Shown: in pieces, positions 13,820 through 26,287 of the stretch | Numbering within the stretch: the first letter of the stretch is position 1 | Layout: the number at the start of each line of letters is the position of its first letter | NCBI GenBank assembly: GCA_024704765.1 | Contig: JAKMXF010000326.1 | Location: 248,001-312,000, forward strand | Direction: 5' to 3' | Source: Oopsacas minuta | Taxonomy: Eukaryota; Animalia; Porifera | Length of the DNA stretch: 64,000 nucleotides | Translations under genes and position numbers: made by a program | Notes under the pieces: generated by a model | What the model was told of the DNA's origin: nothing | Database searches by the model: none | What the model saw: only the letters and a program-made list of their open reading frames with translations

Positions 13820-15217
13820 CACTGGTCAACAAAAAATTTGTTGTCTAGGATGTTAGATCCGTTTCTAAGTATATTTACCTCGGGGAATCTGAAGATGGCA
13901 TCGGCTTATCCGAATTGGCACTAGTTTTTGCGATACCAAATGTTAAATTTGGCCTGATAAGCATAAAAATAGTGAAGATATCTACACATAAATTTCTTCA
14001 CATTAATAGTGGCATCGTGTTTCAATGGTGACATTTAACTTTTTATGCTTCCAAGTGTAAAATTTGAATTATTGAAATTTGTAGTTTTCAAATGTAACTA
14101 TTAACTGCAAAACCGAAAATTTGGGAAGTATAATTTTATCATTATAGCTACTCCATATGAAATACATTTATCATTGTCAAAACAATTAATCGGTTAAAAG
14201 TAATAATATTAAAAAGAATACTAAACTTGTTTATTGAAGAACACCTAAAAATCGTCTCTTATTTGATTTTCTGTTATGGGATATCAGAGGGCACTCTCGC
14301 TGGAGGCTCCATCAGTAATCTGCCATCATGAGGCTACCCCACCTGCCTTGATATCTCTCTTCAATGACCTTAATGTCCTGATGAAACCTTTCCCCCTGTT
14401 CCTTACTTAAATCCCCAAGATTTTCAGGGAAACGATCCAGGTGGCGAAATAGATAGTGAATCTTGATGCTCATGGTAGCATCTAAATCTTTAAATTTGTA
14501 AAGCATGTCATTGGCCAAATTTATGTAGTTGCTAGCTTTATTATTACCCAAGAAGTTATTGACTACCAAAACAAACGCACACGTCGCAGAAGATTCTAAA
14601 TTAATCATGGATTGGATGAAACCAGTGATTTTTATGAGACTGCGGATCTGAGGACTATGAAAGATCCCTGCTTTCAGTTTTCAATGCTCATTGCTGGAAA
14701 GGATCTCTAAATGTACTTGAAACAGGGGCCGTCATTATCTGGAGATGCTACTAACTGCCAGGGCTGTATCAACTCATTTATTGAATGAGTTGAATAAGTT
14801 GGTAACCCTAAATGAATGAGTTGAATGAGTTGATAGTTCAATGAAATGAGTTGAAATGAGATCAGCTCATTTCACACATATTTTTCTTTCGGTTTATTAT
14901 GTTAATTATCTCTGATACGGTAATAGTAGATGAATGAGTTGGTAGAAAAAAATGAGTTAATACAGCCTGCAAACTGTTATATTGAACCCAACTTGATTTG
15001 GAGGGGTGGAAGAATGATTTTCTCTAGGAACCAATGGTTCATGCAGAATGTTTGCTTCTCCAACTGTTAGATTCGATCTCAAGGAACACACTTTATTTAC
15101 TCAATTATCTTTGCGGGCACTGCTGTCCAATAAACATCTAAAACAAGGGTACTTATTGTATCCACTTTGTTGGCCAAGTAGAAAGTTTGCCATCTTGAGA
15201 TTAACACATATCAACCA
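13820..15217 (-). mobile_element. Chapaev3 element, 3' part (inverted relative to the 5' part)
   Basis: WLICVNLKMANFLLGQQSGYNKYPCFRC (CxxC), IILPPLQIKLG, IKIHYLFRHLDRFPENLGDLSKEQGERFHQDI..RYQGRW. Terminus cactggtcaacaaaaaa at 13820, flanked by TTA on the element strand. Confidence 0.8.
14759..14969. mobile_element. hAT-type MITE inserted in the Chapaev3 ORF
   Basis: TIR cagggctgtatcaactcattt / aaatgagttaatacagcctg; degenerate 8-bp TSD ctaactgc / caaactgt; internal aatgagttg repeats. The Chapaev protein resumes on both sides. Confidence 0.75.
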
Positions 15218-16264
15218 ACAAATGAATAATAATACACATTTTTGTTGAATCTTAAATTGGAAAATTTGTATGAAATTGACCATCTTTTGAAATATTATGT
15301 TATATTTTATGTTTTGAAAAACGATGCTTTGATTATGTAAACAATTTTATCGAATTAGAAATGTGTGTTAAGGATGAAATAGGAATAAGTAATGAAATGC
15401 CTGAAGAATTTGAGGGGAATCAACTGTAAAATTAAATGCTGTCACTTATAGGCAAAAGTCACCCTTTGGTAAGTATTTCGAAAAGATTATGAGAGGACTA
15501 GATCCAATATCAAGGTCATTCTGAATAACCTTGATATTGGAGTCAGTACTTCTGAGGTAAAAGAAAATAATGTATGTTACTATCCTGGAATAATTTTATG
15601 TACAATTAATACGCAACTAATGTTTTAACAGACAAAACGCTTGTGTTGAAAATTGGTTTAGGACAGTTAAGCACAGCATTTATCCTTCCGAAACAAGAAT
15701 GAGAACAGCAGATTTCATCTGGTCAATTTATGTAAATATTGAGGATAGGATTGCTGCATTTAAATATGCTCTCATACCTTTTGCAAACATAACATTAAAA
15801 AGGAAAAGATAAATGGAAGTAGAAAATGAAGAAAATTATAAGGAGGAATGATCTAAAAGGAAAAGACCAAATTTAGCTATATAAAAACCTTCTGATTCAA
15901 ATATTTCAAAGGAATTTGTAAGTTTTAAATCGGAATATAAGCCAAAAGATAGTCTACAAAGACCGTTAATAAATACAACTACAGAAATACAAGTACCAAT
16001 CAAGACTGTGTGTGAACAGGTTAAACACCAGAAGAAGTTCAAAATATAAGTTCACCAGCAAAGGCAGTAGAAATAATTACCGATTTAGACCTTATAGAAT
16101 TGGGTAAACTAGATTATAAATTTCCTAAATTCTAACCCATTACTTATAAGGGAAGAAAAGATATTTGTGAAAGGTTAAATTTAAAATTGTATAATTCACT
16201 AGTTTATCCCGGAAATAAAATACTACAAAATTCAAATTTACGCGAATACTATCCTTCTAAATGT

Positions 16265-16733
16265 TACATGTTTCTGGAGTTAGTAATTTTTTATTTTCTT
16301 CACTAGCATTTTGGATTACAGGAAATACCGATAATTCCATCAAATTCAATCAGTAATTACTGATAACATGGTTGGAAAGTTGAAAGAACCCTGTAATAAA
16401 TTTATCGAAAACAAATTTCCACGTTCAGTAATTAATTACAGAAATGTTAATGACTATATTATTAAAACGAATATGCGTATGAATACAACTTGGGGAACTG
16501 ATGTGGAAATAATTGCGGTAGTTTTATTATTGCAAACAGATGTTTGGATTTTGACTGCAAGTATGGGAAACAAATCGACGGTCTTTTCGGGTAAAGGGGC
16601 GAAAGTGATTGACGTCTTAGAATCACCTACAGCAAATCCTGAATGTTCAATATACTTAAATCATAATGAGGTTCATTATGAACCGATTTTAGAAGTAGAT
16701 AAAGCTGTTTTCCCTAAGACTACACCCCAGTGA
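16265..16733 (+). pseudogene. OTU-like cysteine protease domain, downstream of and collinear with the NOF-like transposase
   Basis: GVSNFYF/SSLAFWITG (degenerate GDGNC motif), WGTDVEIIAVVLLLQTDVWI, IYLNHNEVHYEPI (His box). Confidence 0.75.
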
Positions 16734-16972
16734 GAAAATGCCTACTCCAATACGTATTCATATTCGGATCATGGATACTGTAGGGGATTAATTTCCACAT
16801 GTACATCTAATGAGGGTCTGAATATCAGAATTGGAAATCTACATGTTTTCACATGTTTAGTTACAGAATTTAATATTCTGAACCTCATTAGATGCAATAT
16901 CGGTGCAAATTATCCCTTTCATGAGCCATGGTCCTAATATGAACCATAATTTGGGGAGGCATTTTTCACTGG
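16727..16972. mobile_element. Small foldback MITE with ~100-bp imperfect arms
   Basis: ccagtgagaaaatgcc..catctaatgagg versus cctcattagatg..ggcatttttcactgg. Confidence 0.7.
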
Positions 16973-18369
16973 AGGCTGTTTCATTAAGTTGTATAACATA
17001 TTAAATATCGAAAACATTAATTTAAGTAATTTAATAATGCTTACATTATTCCCTATGGCAAGTTTGAATAGAGAGAGCGGGTCTCATCAATGAACACTAC
17101 ATCGGCGAATGTAATTGTTATCTCATAATATAATAGTTCAGTATGCTCTATATATATATGTATATATATAAAAATAAGGTCTTGTACAAAGTACAGAGTA
17201 TAATTTGGCATATGGCGACCAGTTGCAGAATATCAGGATTGGAGGATAAGATAATACATTCCATGTTTATGTTATAGATTAATGAATTAAATGGTATAAT
17301 GGAGTATTCTCCTGCTTAACTGACTCATCTTTGGTGTCAATAATTCTATTCCGAGTACCTACATTGTTGAAAAGTGGTTCATACATGTTAAATCAAGCTT
17401 TGAAGTGGAAGATTCAAATAGAATGTGTAATATAGGTTTACACATACTACGGTAGTTTTTGCAGTATATTGGAATCATTCTTTGTGTAGAATTAATAAGA
17501 TAAGTGATATTTGTATATTGGTGGTAAATGGTTGGTATTTTATAATTGTTTAACATATGGATTAAAATAGCTCTGGCCTAAATCAAAAATCTCTCTTTGA
17601 ACCATCCTGAGGAAGTATTTTATAAGATGAGAGTGGTATGATAACAACTCTTTAGTGTGTAAGTTAATACTGAATACTATCTCTATGAATGTATTTCAGA
17701 TATTATCTGTATAATTCTATTTGAGATAATACTTGTATAATTATATATCAGATATTATCTGTATAAATGTTACTATAATATTATATATGTGTACAATATT
17801 GTATCTACGTAATGTTCAGTTTCAAATATTTAAGGAAGAATTGAATATGGTTTTTCTTTTTAGCATTTACACATTCAGATTTACGATAAGGAACTGGAGC
17901 TTTGGATTCTAGATACTTAAAGCCGAAATATGATTTCTACAGATATTCACAAATGTACTTCTATCGGTGGTTACACTACACAATTATACCAATTGGTTGA
18001 TTATTTTCAAGAAAAACTTTAAATGGAACCATCAATTAGCGTGACTCCGCTTCTCTCATTGCTAGATAAAAGAACATTCTAAGTAATTACGTCTTAAACT
18101 ACGTTTATGTACCTGGTTCAAAGTATAATTTGTATGATGATTAAATTAAATAAATAAATACATTTGTATATTTTCAACCCATTTGAACTAAATTTCGGAA
18201 TTGTTGATGAAAGACAGTTAGAATGGGAACTATAGCAAGTATTATAATCTGACCTCCCATTACGTAAACGGGTGATAGTCCTTCAAGTTAGTTATAGTAC
18301 AATATAAAATACAATTATGAATAAAAAAGGAAATTGAAAATTAATTAAACAAAAAATATTTAGACTAGA

Positions 18370-18806
18370 AAAGCCTACAAAAGGTACTAGCGACCCCTAG
18401 TTATTTTAAGGAAATTGAATTATAGAATATCAAAGGTACCTCTAAATTTTGAGGCGATTCTGTCTATAGAAAATTTCCAGAATTGAGTTCAAAGTTGGAG
18501 TTCGTAATTCACAAAAAATAAGAAATTATTGATTATTAGAAGTGGATGCGAGTGATAATTTTCAGTATTTCTAGAAAATATTAGTATTGTTATAAACGTT
18601 TACATCTCATCTATTGATTAATATCAAAATAATTGAGGTTCACTTATATTTAGGGTAAGAAATGTGAGTTAGAACTGACTCTAATTATGTAGTACCTCAT
18701 AAATGCCCACTAACCACTGAAATTGGAATTGCCATAACTTCGCGAGTTTTCAATATTTTTCAATGAAATATTATTAACATAAACGCTCATATGACACAAA
18801 TGTATA
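18370..18806. repeat. Right arm of the ~440-bp inverted repeat
   Basis: Reverse complement of 9550-9990; outer end cut by the half-MITE at 18808. Confidence 0.9.
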
Positions 18807-18807
18807 G

Positions 18808-19301
18808 GAAATCAACTAGGGTTAGGAGGAATAAGTCGAAGTAATATTTTCGAATGATATGACTATGCTAACCCTTGAATTCCAAAATAACCTCTTGGTA
18901 GCGGCCACTTGTGCCACCTTGGGCAAAAGGTGGCACAAATGGCACAAATTGAAATTCATCTATAACTCTGGTAAAAATTGTTCAATCCGATTGGAAATTT
19001 CAATCTGGGGTAACTCGCCTATATAGAATTCAAATATCAAGTCAGAAATTATAGATTCTTAATAGGCTTTAAATTACCACATATTTTGATTATCAATAAT
19101 TATCTAATAATTATTAATAATTAACACCTTCAAAAAGTGTAAATCGAAAATATTTTTTTGAAATTCTTGAAAAACATGTTATTCTATGCAAATTACTAGA
19201 TAGCAGCTACGAATATAGACTACACAATATATAGGAGCGGGAAAGAGTAAACAATTTATGACAACATATTTGTGTGTTCGAATACTTTTGTCCTCTGACT
19301 G
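18808..19301 (+). mobile_element. Half copy (spacer plus right arm) of the Tc1-type long-TIR MITE at 48383-49296
   Basis: About 98% identical by eye to 48801-49296; ends in cgaatacttttgtcctctgactg. Confidence 0.9.
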
Positions 19302-19639
19302 ATGTTTGAGTTAGTTACGGTTAATCATGTGCTAACGTATGTTGTATTCACGCCTCCCCCAGATTTTGTGACTTTTGGACAAAACTTTTGTGGTTATTGG
19401 GAATTCCGCTTAATCGGACTAAAGGGCCGGAACCGATGTATCTCGATTAAGCGGAGTTGACCGTATTCATAAGTTCATAACAATGCATTTATCGTTCGGA
19501 GAAATTATAATAAGTTAATAACAAAGGGCAAATAGAACAATAAATGCGTCGTTTTTCTTAGTAGCTTGTCTGCGAACACACCAAACATATGATGTGTTCG
19601 CGCGAAAAGACTAAGTTCGCTAATATATAGCAACATTTA

Positions 19640-19800
19640 CACCTGAGACTATTGATAATTGACGAGATATCTACAGTTGATTCTGGGATACTAACGTGGC
19701 TAAATGAAATTGTATGTACATTATGGAGGCTGGAGATGAGTCTGGCAGAGGGTTCTATTGTCTGTGAATGGGGTTTCCATGAGCTCAAGCAAGTAGGAAA
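19640..19800 (+). mobile_element. Pif1-type (Helitron-like) helicase fragment
   Basis: HLRLLIIDEISTVDSGILTWLNE (Walker B, LIIDEIS), then after a frameshift GFHELKQVG (GDFxQLxPV-like). Confidence 0.6.
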
Positions 19801-20977
19801 TTGTGAATGTTTCAAGCAATAATTGACAAAATTAGTATACTAGATGAACGATTTAGGTGGCCAAAAACTTTTCCTTAACAGTAAATCAGGTACATACAAT
19901 TGTTACTCAATAACTCCGGATAAAGATAAAGAAATTTGACAGTAAGTTTGTGGTCGTATTCACATAGTCCAACCTATAGTGTGGGATGTCATTACAAATA
20001 TACATGGCATAGGGGAAGGAGTGAAGCTGGTCAGGACATAAACAATCGTCCCTAACCTAAATACTGAATGAAGAGAAATATATAGCATATTCATTTTATC
20101 TCAGACAACTACGAACCACCAATTTGTAATTTCAAAACAATGACTTGAAAAGTAACAAATATGATTCATATTACAAATTGAAATATACCAATTGAGGAAA
20201 ATACAACTCAGAATTACACTACACTCCTTGACCAAAAGTATTGGAATACCATTCCACAACTGACACATGGCACAAGTTTGCAGGAAACTTTCGTCTCGAA
20301 AACTGAAGATACTATCTAACTGTTTTGAACATAATATTACTGTAAACAACGTGCAAAGGCGATTGTTCTTTACTTTCTGCTATATCCCCAGAAGTTACAA
20401 CATATTCTCGCAATGCGACATTTGTCTCACAAATGGTAAGATGTTCCAAAGCCTTTGGACAGACGTGTACATGGGTTCCAAATTACACAACACCAGATAT
20501 CCAAGGAATATCTGTAAACGAACGAATATTTGAACATTCGTTCATATTTATGATTAAACATTTTCACAAGTTTAACGAAACAATTTGAGAGAGAATTAGA
20601 GGTTGAAAATGAGTTATATTCAATTAGTTAGTATGGGAGAACATTCAATCATTATGAATCTTTAGAAAATGAATATGGATAAAATACATTAAAGAATGTG
20701 GTTTATAAAAACGAAATCCAAATACTGGAAATTTGTAAATTCGTTTATTCCTAAATATATGCAAATAAAATGAATTAAAGAAAACATGAAAAAATTGAGA
20801 TTTGCAACTCTCATGAAGTCATCAATGGGTTATAACTCCGATTGATCCCACCTAGCTGAAAAGAACACTGATCTACAAAACATCTAAACTTGATTTAGCA
20901 GAGAAACAACAACCAACATTGGTTACGATAAAAAAATCATAGAAAAATGCATTCACAATATATATAATGAACATTAC

Positions 20978-21255
20978 CTAGTTCTTGAAGCAAGATTTTC
21001 CAGTAATTGAATTTGCTCATGAATAACATCTCCAATACAGATATGATGAATCTTGTAGTGCATTGAAATTAATTTAGCAATTGTAGTCTTCCCAGAGGCT
21101 GGAGGGCCAAATATGCACATCTTAAGGGGGAGCAAGTTGCGTTTTTTCTTAAATTCACCAACAATTGAAGATATGTTTTCAACTAAACCCGTATCGCATT
21201 GCCATTGAAAATTCATATTATCTCTTATATAACGGGAATCCATATGTAGATTCAC
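20978..21255 (-). CDS. AK7: Adenylate kinase 7, exon 3 (P-loop)
   Basis: Acceptor tttatag|GTG; VNLHMDSRYIRDNMNFQW..LPLKMCIFGPPASGKTTIAKLISMHYKIHHI matches AK7 (VNLRME..ICILGPPAVGKS..YKLHHI); donor AG|gtaatg, phase 2. Confidence 0.93.
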
Positions 21256-21462
21256 CTATAAAATTAAGGATAAATAACCTAAAATATATAAGTATTCAAA
21301 TGCATTAAAAGAGATTACATTGTTGGGAAGATTGGGAACTTGAGGATCCAGTGAAATAAAGTTAGTCTCAGCACTAATGGGCGAGTGAATAATTGCAATT
21401 CCCTAAATAAAAAGTATTGGAATTACAGGGAATAAAAACGAGGAAAATTGTGGTTCGATAGG

Positions 21463-22040
21463 GTGTGCACAGTTCGCTTGCTAGATCGCTGCACAACTGC
21501 ATACTACCTCAAGTTAGATTAAGTATTTAACAGATAAATTTCTTAGCGCTTTTGGTCGCTAGGCGACGTGATAAACTCGGCACTTGGTGCCTCGGGCAGA
21601 TAATATAGAAGAAATTTTAACATGATAACATGAAAGGTTCACACAAATTAGATCAAATGGCGTTCTATGATAATTGGCAGCTCTTACGTGGCTTAGGGTT
21701 AGTAAACTCGGCACTTCGTGCCTCAGGTATTAAGAAATTCTGAAATTTTTCAAAATTTGGAACATTTGATGTTTTTGTACAGTTATGATGACGTAATAAT
21801 TCAATAGTGAGTCAGCTTTTGGCCAAAATTATGAATCCAGAACGTTCGGCATATTGAGGGGGAATCTGTGGTTTCTACCGTATATGTTGGCAGAGCAGTG
21901 GTTAATAATGTGCGTTTTCATAAACTTAAAAATGTGGCAATGACATCATAATTCGTCATAGGTGTGAATTTTCGTCCAAGACTCGAACTTGTCCGATCTA
22001 AGCCCAAAATATCCCAGTATGCCAAAAATCAGCTCTGGGC
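21463..22040 (+). repeat. Dispersed repeat family X, copy 2, with ctcggcacttcgtgcctc-type hairpins
   Basis: Similar to 2071-2600; 21935-22040 matches the reverse complement of 55672-55770. Confidence 0.6.
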
Positions 22041-22559
22041 GTCTTCCAGTTTCTTCAATCAATTCTGGATGCATAAACATATATATGTAACAGTCAATGT
22101 ATAAAATCAGTCAATTTACAAATTGACTGAAATCTCCAGGCAATTTATAAATGACTGAATCATTGGTAGGTATTTTGGACAGATTGTCTGAAACCTATTA
22201 TGAATTTCAATTAATTAAGCAGTGAATAATGGAAAATCTCCAATTTTTGTTATTACAAACTATATACCCCAAATTAACTTAAGGATAAATATTGTATGAG
22301 AAAAACCACAGAAATTTTGCTAATTCAAAACATATACCTTACTTAAGTGAATCAGTCTATTTCAGTCAATTTGTAACTTGACTGATTTCTACATTGACTG
22401 CAACATATATACATACACATATATGTAGCAGGGGGAACATGAGAATTCAGTGAATACGCGTACATTCGATACAATTTAAGTGTAAAAGAAGACTCAAATG
22501 CCTGTGGGTCCTTAATACTCACAACAAATTGAGAGGCTCGCATGGCCTGCAAATAGTTT

Positions 22560-23500
22560 TGTATATTGGCTACGTTTGAAGAAAGATAGCCAAAATTGTT
22601 TATTACCCATCAATTTAAAACACGTTTTCTCCTCGCAGTCAATCTACACGTCTATTTACTCTTTTTTGCAAACTCAGTGAAACTGTTTCAAGTGGAAACA
22701 AAAGGATGTATATCCAATCTGGCATTCCAATTCATAGAGATAACTGAATCGCTTGATCATAACCATTTTGAGGGCATCAAGGTGATCACAGTAAATTATC
22801 AAGTTGTCATCAGATACTGAGAGCTAAGCTAAGTGGGGAAACTGGTAAACTCTTCTATAAATGTCCTATTTAAACTGTGTTAGATTCACAATAAAGGAGC
22901 AAATAACTGTCTTGCACTTTATAAGTATAACTACATTGCACCTAAGTTGGAAATTGATTGCGTTGAATTAGTTAAAATGTACGATAGGTGGGCAACATCA
23001 ATTTTCGTTTTTTGAACATCCTTAATTAGTTGCAGGTTCGATCCCTCCAAAAATTCAACAATGGTATCAAATAGAGAATAGAATCGAGTGAGATAAATTG
23101 CTTTCTAGAGCCACGAAAACTTAGGTCTGGAAGAAACTTCGAATTCGGTTTCATTTTCATGAAAAAGTTGACGAAATATTTGTCATTGAGAGCCGGGGAT
23201 TAATTTCTTGTTTACCATAGTAATCACTATATATAATGAGTCATGCAAGCACACAATTTCCAAAGATTCCGAACATTGTTTTGCTATTGTCTCGCAAGTT
23301 TTTGAAGAATTCAACATCCTTAAAGACTTTATTCCTTAGTTAGAAAATACTTGGTCGCATAGCAAGCACATTGGAAGCTGGCCATTGCATGTGATTTCAC
23401 AACCCATATTTGATTTACTGTCGACAATTCTTTTTACTATTAATATTATGAGATCGAGTTCATCAAATTCTTTGTAATTACTTATATATATGGTTACACA
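22560..23500 (-). mobile_element. Decayed hAT transposase (Buster/SPIN/ZBED5-like)
   Basis: FRQLFHENETEF..YLTRFYSLFDTIVEFLEGSN corresponds to the conserved FRQLC..RWLSKGxxLxRFYxLFDxIVEFL block; degenerate CVLH motif upstream. Confidence 0.7.
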
Positions 23501-25570
23501 CTTTTCAGACAAAAAAGTTTTATGAAAATAACAAGATAGTGATAACGATTACAACTCTCGGGAAGTCATCGCCAATGTAACTATCTTATTGACAAATTAC
23601 CAACAACTAAAACTGCAACTATACATGATGATTCAATTACAAAGTTGCAATGTGAGTGATAGGCATTATACAGAGACAAGATTAATGTCACCTGAACCTG
23701 CTAAATCGGAATTGTCTGACCTGTGGCAGTGTAGAATAATACAAATATGCTAGGTCACGCTCCAAAAGCAAACCCACCCACAGTATTTCTTAATCATATT
23801 CACTAGATTCTGATTAAACGGCATCTGTTACTCAGTTCAATCTAGTAATCGGGTCACTTTTCCAGAAACAGAACCATACAAAGAGAGTGAATTTACTTCA
23901 GTTAATCCGGCCAATACCTATATTCAGCTTAATTGAGTCAAAATGGCCTGGTACTGATGTGACCATATGATGTGGAGTCGACTGCATCTTCGATCCATTA
24001 CCTTTCCAAACCAGTGGTGGACAAATGGGGGTAAATGGGGCTTTCCCCAGATGAAATCCTCTCCCCGTCCATCAAAGGTCTCCAACACTTAATATTCTAC
24101 AAAGAATTTTGCCCTAGGCTTTCCAGATCATGAGACCACCACAGGGGCTTATCCAGTAATATATGGCCTAACACTTTTCTAGAGGGGCTCTTCTTGGATT
24201 GTAATCTTTTGGGCGGTACCTCATTGATCCTCATATACAAAGTTGAGTCTTATGGTCGGTACTTACTCTGCTCCTTCATGTTTGCTCAACTGGCTCTTTT
24301 AGGTGCTCATCAAGCAGCTAGAGAAACTACTAAAACGCTGGGCATATAGCCGAATTCAATATGTATTCATTCACATCACCGAATCATAATCATGAACTGT
24401 AGAACCACTATTAACATATTAAACAAAAAATCAATAAAGTTTACATCAGGTACATCAAAGAATTTCTTGATTATGGCATATGGTAACAGAACAAATCCAT
24501 TTAATCCCAAACTTATTGAATTACCTATGTATAAAAAGCCAAATTACCTGAGTAATTGATCCCAGTTTGGGAAACACTAAAATAATTTCATTGATAATTC
24601 ATTCCCAACTATCAAACAAATAAGTATAAATATATATCTCTACAAGAATCAAAGTGCCTAAAATATCCCGAATTAACAATCTGGGCATTAGACGATCCCC
24701 AATTAAAGTATCTAGACCTCATCCCAATAATAAATTCGAAAAGAATCTAGAATCTAATCACGAGCAAATTTACGATCCCTATTGGGTGATGCATTTTACG
24801 CAATACAGCTGAATATTTTGAATAGTATAGCTTGAAGTTTCGAAATATGTCAATGACATGATTACCTATATATCTATCAACAACATGGGCGGACATCATT
24901 GCCAAAAGTACTAGGATGTATATTTAACTGGTCCTAACTAGGTGTTTGAGCCACTCTTCAACACTCAAAAATTTTTAGTATACTATAGTGAAAAATTTGA
25001 TTATCCATCCGATCCCGATCAAATCCTACTTTCTCAAATGGATAGACGACCGTCTTCAGATCCTCAAAAGGATGCAGATCTTATCGTAGATCTATAATCA
25101 AGTTATCATAATGAAATTAAAATTCCAGAAGAGCTACTCAAGTGAGCATATAAGTCTACCAATCATCTTAGTGTTGCACTTGGACTCCAACTAAATAGAT
25201 CCGCACACTAGAATCAGGGATAATTATTATTTAGACTCGCAACATAAACCATAAATCTGTTGGGAATATATTACTCTTGAGACTAATTAAGGCAGGACTG
25301 CACAACCTGAGGTATTTGAGGATTTTTTCAGGAGTACGTCAGCAGGTTGAACAATTTGTTATGTAATGAATAAACATGTATAAATCAGAACAAAAGTTAC
25401 CACCATTTGCAACAAAATGTTATATCATGTACGTACTATTTGGTGCATATTGTGAATATTGCATGGCTATATTAATTCAGCAAACAATAAAGCTTGGTAC
25501 AATTTCACAAAACTTAAAGGGATTTGTATATTATATTCGAGTTTTTGTAGAACTTTGATCAAATTTTCTT

Positions 25571-26172
25571 ATGTCGAACTTTGATCGAATGATGAAAAGG
25601 AAAATTTTGATCAAAGTTCCACTAAAATGTCTTGAGGCGAACATTGATAGAAAAATTGTCGAATCTTGATGGAAAAACGAGAACTTTGATCGAAGAATTG
25701 TCGTGCTCCACGACACCGCAATATTCATATTTCATATCCAGATTTCCTTGAGCCAACAATAAAACAATGTCCAGCCGACAGACTTGTGGTGCAGCTCAGG
25801 ATTATCTATTTTGTTCTTTTCAGGGGGGCCCTTGACCCCCACGTAATGCCACAATGCACTGGACACGACTGATTTCAATCTAGGACGTCCTAACACTTTA
25901 TATTGTGTTAATTAGAAACAGGTACTATTGGGAGGGGATTAGAGATTTAGTTCGCAACCCTATGGCTCTGGGAGTTTGTATTAGTGTTCGTTATTAGCTA
26001 CTAAGGGATGGGAGTGTAGAATTAATGCTAATTTTATGATTGGATGGAGTTTTGTTGGATTGATTATTAGAAAAGTTTGTAAAATGGTTTCGATCAACAT
26101 TCGACTGAAGACATTTTGAGTAGAACTTTGATCAAAATTAGCCTTTTTCATCACCCGATCAAATTTCGACAA
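25571..26172. repeat. Foldback/MITE-like element with ~85-bp imperfect inverted arms rich in aactttgatc
   Basis: 25571-25655 is the reverse complement of ~26092-26172. Confidence 0.65.
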
Positions 26173-26287
26173 AAAATCGATGAAAATTTACAGATTCATT
26201 TAGAAGTGTTAATACAGTTTATCAGGCCCATTGTTCAGAATTTGGGAAAAAGTTGTATTGTTGTTGATTGCCAGCATTTTTAGTATA

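Larger units (their letters stand above)
9550..18806 (+). mobile_element. Composite decayed NOF/Foldback-like (MULE-type) element with OTU domain, internal Chapaev3 and inversion
   Basis: The transposase can be reassembled from 11808-12025(+), 13819-12824(-) and 15218-16733(+): WMNVFSSKF..CVLKFDYYWSKKSDCRKINSPFFRAK, LDVPGSLI..FYYALTIQH..PIPVAEIISSDH..VEMDYSWAMIHS, LHLC, NACVE-WFRTVKHSI. It is bounded by the inverted repeats. The element boundaries are inferred. Confidence 0.65.

Noticed and set aside
23030-23050. ggttcgatccc, a tRNA B-box/T-loop-like motif
   Set aside because: Lies inside the hAT coding remnant; no A-box or cloverleaf around it.
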